From contig NC_068989.1 of the NCBI RefSeq assembly GCF_001194135.2, positions 24,665,530 through 24,729,529 on the forward strand: DNA of 64,000 nucleotides, read 5' to 3'. The translations under genes were made by a program, and so were the position numbers. This DNA comes from Octopus bimaculoides (Eukaryota). Below are positions 60,881-64,000 of this stretch, piece after piece (position 1 is the first letter of the stretch; each line of letters opens with the position of its first letter). The notes under the pieces were generated by a model. The model was not told where the DNA came from. It was given only the letters and a program-made list of their open reading frames with translations, and made no database searches.

Positions 60881-61685
60881 TATATATATATATATATATA
60901 TACATTCTTTTACTATTTTTCTTGTTTCAGTCATTTTGACTATGGCCATGCTGGAGCNNNNNNNNNNNNNNNNNNNNNNNNNNNNNNNNNNNNNNNNNNN
61001 NNNNNNNNNNNNNNNNNNNNNNNNNNNNNNNNNNNNNNNNNNNNNNNNNNNNNNNNNNNNNNNNNNNNNNNNNNNNNNNNNNNNNNNNNNNNNNNNNNNN
61101 NNNNNNNNNNNNNNNNNNNNNNNNNNNNNNNNNNNNNNNNNNNNNNNNNNNNNNNNNNNNNNNNNNNNNNNNNNNNNNNNNNNNNNNNNNNNNNNNNNNN
61201 NNNNNNNNNNNNNNNNNNNNNNNNNNNNNNNNNNNNNNNNNNNNNNNNNNNNNNNNNNNNNNNNNNNNNNNNNNNNNNNNNNNNNNNNNNNNNNNNNNNN
61301 NNNNNNNNNNNNNNNNNNNNNNNNNNNNNNNNNNNNNNNNNNNNNNNNNNNNNNNNNNNNNNNNNNNNNNNNNNNNNNNNNNNNNNNNNNNNNNNNNNNN
61401 NNNNNNNNNNNNNNNNNNNNNNNNNNNNNNNNNNNNNNNNNNNNNNNNNNNNNNNNNNNNNNNNNNNNNNNNNNNNNNNNNNNNNNNNNNNNNNNNNNNN
61501 NNNNNNNNNNNNNNNNNNNNNNNNNNNNTGACTTGTTTTCCATTTGTTTTTTTCGTTGTTCGCAAAAAAAGTTCGTATTCCATGTTTTCGTATTTCATGT
61601 TGTCTACGTTCTGTGGTGACATGTGCCCATATATGCATGTGTATATACATATATATGTAAGTATGTGCATATATGTATGTATATA

Positions 61686-61723
<38 letters not shown>

Positions 61724-62161
61724 ACTGTTACGGAATGGAGGAGATAAGATCCGGACTACATATGTTTCATAGAGAGCCGTACTTCAGAAGAGGTAAATAT
61801 CCAAGCGAGGAGTATACCGTAGGCTACTGTTCAGGCCAAGGATATCTTGGTTAAATGAAAGTTTGCATTGTAATGCATTGCATATCAATAATTTTGATCT
61901 GCAGTTGCTATTAAGTGCTTTATGATTGGTTATGTACATAGTTTCCAATTTACATCCAGTATTTTTATATTTTGTGATAATCTAGAATCGAAATGTGATA
62001 GTGTAGTTATGAAAATTGAAAACATACACATTAAACAAGATGAATAACCGGAAAATTTAAATCATATATGACCGAAATGTATTTTTACTAGCTGAACTGC
62101 ATGATTGAATTTCACTTTTACAATGCACATTGCAACGTGTCCTGACCCTTTTTTCCTATAG

Positions 62162-62270
62162 GAAGAATATGATCATCTGGCCTTACTGAGTAAGTTCACC
62201 TACACATCTTTGCCTCTCTACCAGAAATTCTTTGAGAACGAAGTTGTCGAAATTCACGACTTCTCAACAG
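62162..62270 (+). CDS. Coding exon 6 (gene continues beyond window)
   Basis: Acceptor cccttttttcctatag, donor G|gtaaca; 109 nt, phase 0-1: EEYDHLALLSKFTYTSLPLYQKFFENEVVEIHDFST(G). Confidence 0.9.
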
Positions 62271-62466
62271 GTAACAGTTTTAGAAGTTTCTTTGCTACCT
62301 TTGTGTTTATTGCTGAGGTTAATTTTGTGAAATTGTGAATGAGGAAATGAGAGGGAGAGAGAGAGGGAAAGAGAGGGAGGGAAGGAGAGGGAGGGAAGGA
62401 GAGGGGGGGAAGGAGGGAGGGAGAGAGCGAAGGAGATAGAAAGATGGCTTATTTACATGTGATTAG

Positions 62467-62534
62467 CATTCACATCGACCCCAGTGCGTAACTGGTACTT
62501 ATTTAATCGACCCCGAAAGGATTAAAGACAAAGT
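62467..62534 (-). mobile_element. SINE family A fragment ending at a gap
   Basis: cgaccccagtgcgtaactggtacttatttaatcgaccccgaaagg. Confidence 0.75.
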
Positions 62535-63138
62535 NNNNNNNNNNNNNNNNNNNNNNNNNNNNNNNNNNNNNNNNNNNNNNNNNNNNNNNNNNNNNNNNNN
62601 NNNNNNNNNNNNNNNNNNNNNNNNNNNNNNNNNNNNNNNNNNNNNNNNNNNNNNNNNNNNNNNNNNNNNNNNNNNNNNNNNNNNNNNNNNNNNNNNNNNN
62701 NNNNNNNNNNNNNNNNNNNNNNNNNNNNNNNNNNNNNNNNNNNNNNNNNNNNNNNNNNNNNNNNNNNNNNNNNNNNNNNNNNNNNNNNNNNNNNNNNNNN
62801 NNNNNNNNNNNNNNNNNNNNNNNNNNNNNNNNNNNNNNNNNNNNNNNNNNNNNNNNNNNNNNNNNNNNNNNNNNNNNNNNNNNNNNNNNNNNNNNNNNNN
62901 NNNNNNNNNNNNNNNNNNNNNNNNNNNNNNNNNNNNNNNNNNNNNNNNNNNNNNNNNNNNNNNNNNNNNNNNNNNNNNNNNNNNNNNNNNNNNNNNNNNN
63001 NNNNNNNNNNNNNNNNNNNNNNNNNNNNNNNNNNNNNNNNNNNNNNNNNNNNNNNNNNNNNNNNNNNNNNNNNNNNNNNNNNNNNNNNNNNNNNNNNNNN
63101 NNNNNNNNNNNNNNNNNNNNNNNNNNNNNNNNNNNNNN

Positions 63139-63175
<37 letters not shown>

Positions 63176-63634
63176 ATATGAATAATAAGGATTACTACGA
63201 AGTTGCATAGCATTACCTTTAATTCTTTAATCCATATACCTTAAGTGTATATATGTATATATGTAATGTATGTATTCACTTTTGACGAGTCAATGAGCAA
63301 GTTGGTCTATGTAAGGCCGTATATGAATTAAAGAATTAAAGATAATGCTGTGCAACTTTGTAGTAATCCTTAATATTAATATTGTTAATATTTATACTCA
63401 AGGAAACCTGTATGGTTAAGGAAATATATTCTGAGTTACCCAACAGAATATTCCTCTAATTTCTTATCTTATAAGAACTTTATTAGATTTACACGTTAAC
63501 CGTTGAATAACATATTTTGAATACCTGAGAGCAAACCGGTAATCGGTTTGGGGTAATCCTTTATTATTCACACACACACACGCGCGCGCGCATGTACACA
63601 CACATACATATATACACGCGGCTATGAGTGATAG

Positions 63635-63698
<64 letters not shown>

Positions 63699-64000
63699 GT
63701 GAAACTGAAAGTAAGTTCCTGAGATCACATCTAACTCCAGCAATCTGTTACTCTGGCGTGTGCTGCTGCTCCGCAATAAATTATGCAGACGCTCTGTTTG
63801 GGAGGATCAAGCGATGGGAAAAAGTTGAAACAGCGTTAAACAAACGCTATTCCCGATTATTGATTACTAGAAACTCACCAACACACACAGCCTGCACCTT
63901 CTCGCATACATTGCTCCACTCTACTGGTATAAGACGGGAGGTTGTCTGCGGAGTTGAAATGACTAATACTGTTAATGATGAATATCACTTCTTCCATGCA

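Overview
AT-rich, gapped eukaryotic scaffold packed with microsatellites and repeats. The SINE repertoire suggests an octopod cephalopod (inference; not checked against a database). The ORF track misses the one real host gene. I reconstructed six in-phase GT-AG exons on the + strand (28146-28251, 31305-31502, 44890-45117, 51835-51986, 59718-59840, 62162-62270; 916 nt, 305 codons, running past the window end). They encode a signal peptide followed by an internally repeated extracellular domain, probably of LolA/ependymin-like fold. Everything else is mobile-element derived: tRNA-type SINE families, an unclassified (AAT)n-tailed element in a tandem trimer, two Dong/R4 LINE fragments, RTE, CR1-like, Tx1 and HERO-like LINE remnants, a mariner and mariner-derived MITEs, hAT MITEs, a Gypsy LTR element, Penelope-like (PLE) GIY-YIG fragments and Helitrons. 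The most notable observations are: (i) minimal PLE-type hammerhead ribozymes, four of which carry a compensatory U3-A8 core pair; (ii) three 270-320 bp genomic palindromes, two built on hammerhead-bearing PLE ends; (iii) a 1.4-1.6 kb non-autonomous Helitron present twice in inverted orientation that moved with SINE cargo; (iv) AAT-microsatellite-nucleated chains of retroelements. All alignments, folds and translations were done by eye; repeat coordinates are approximate unless termini are quoted.
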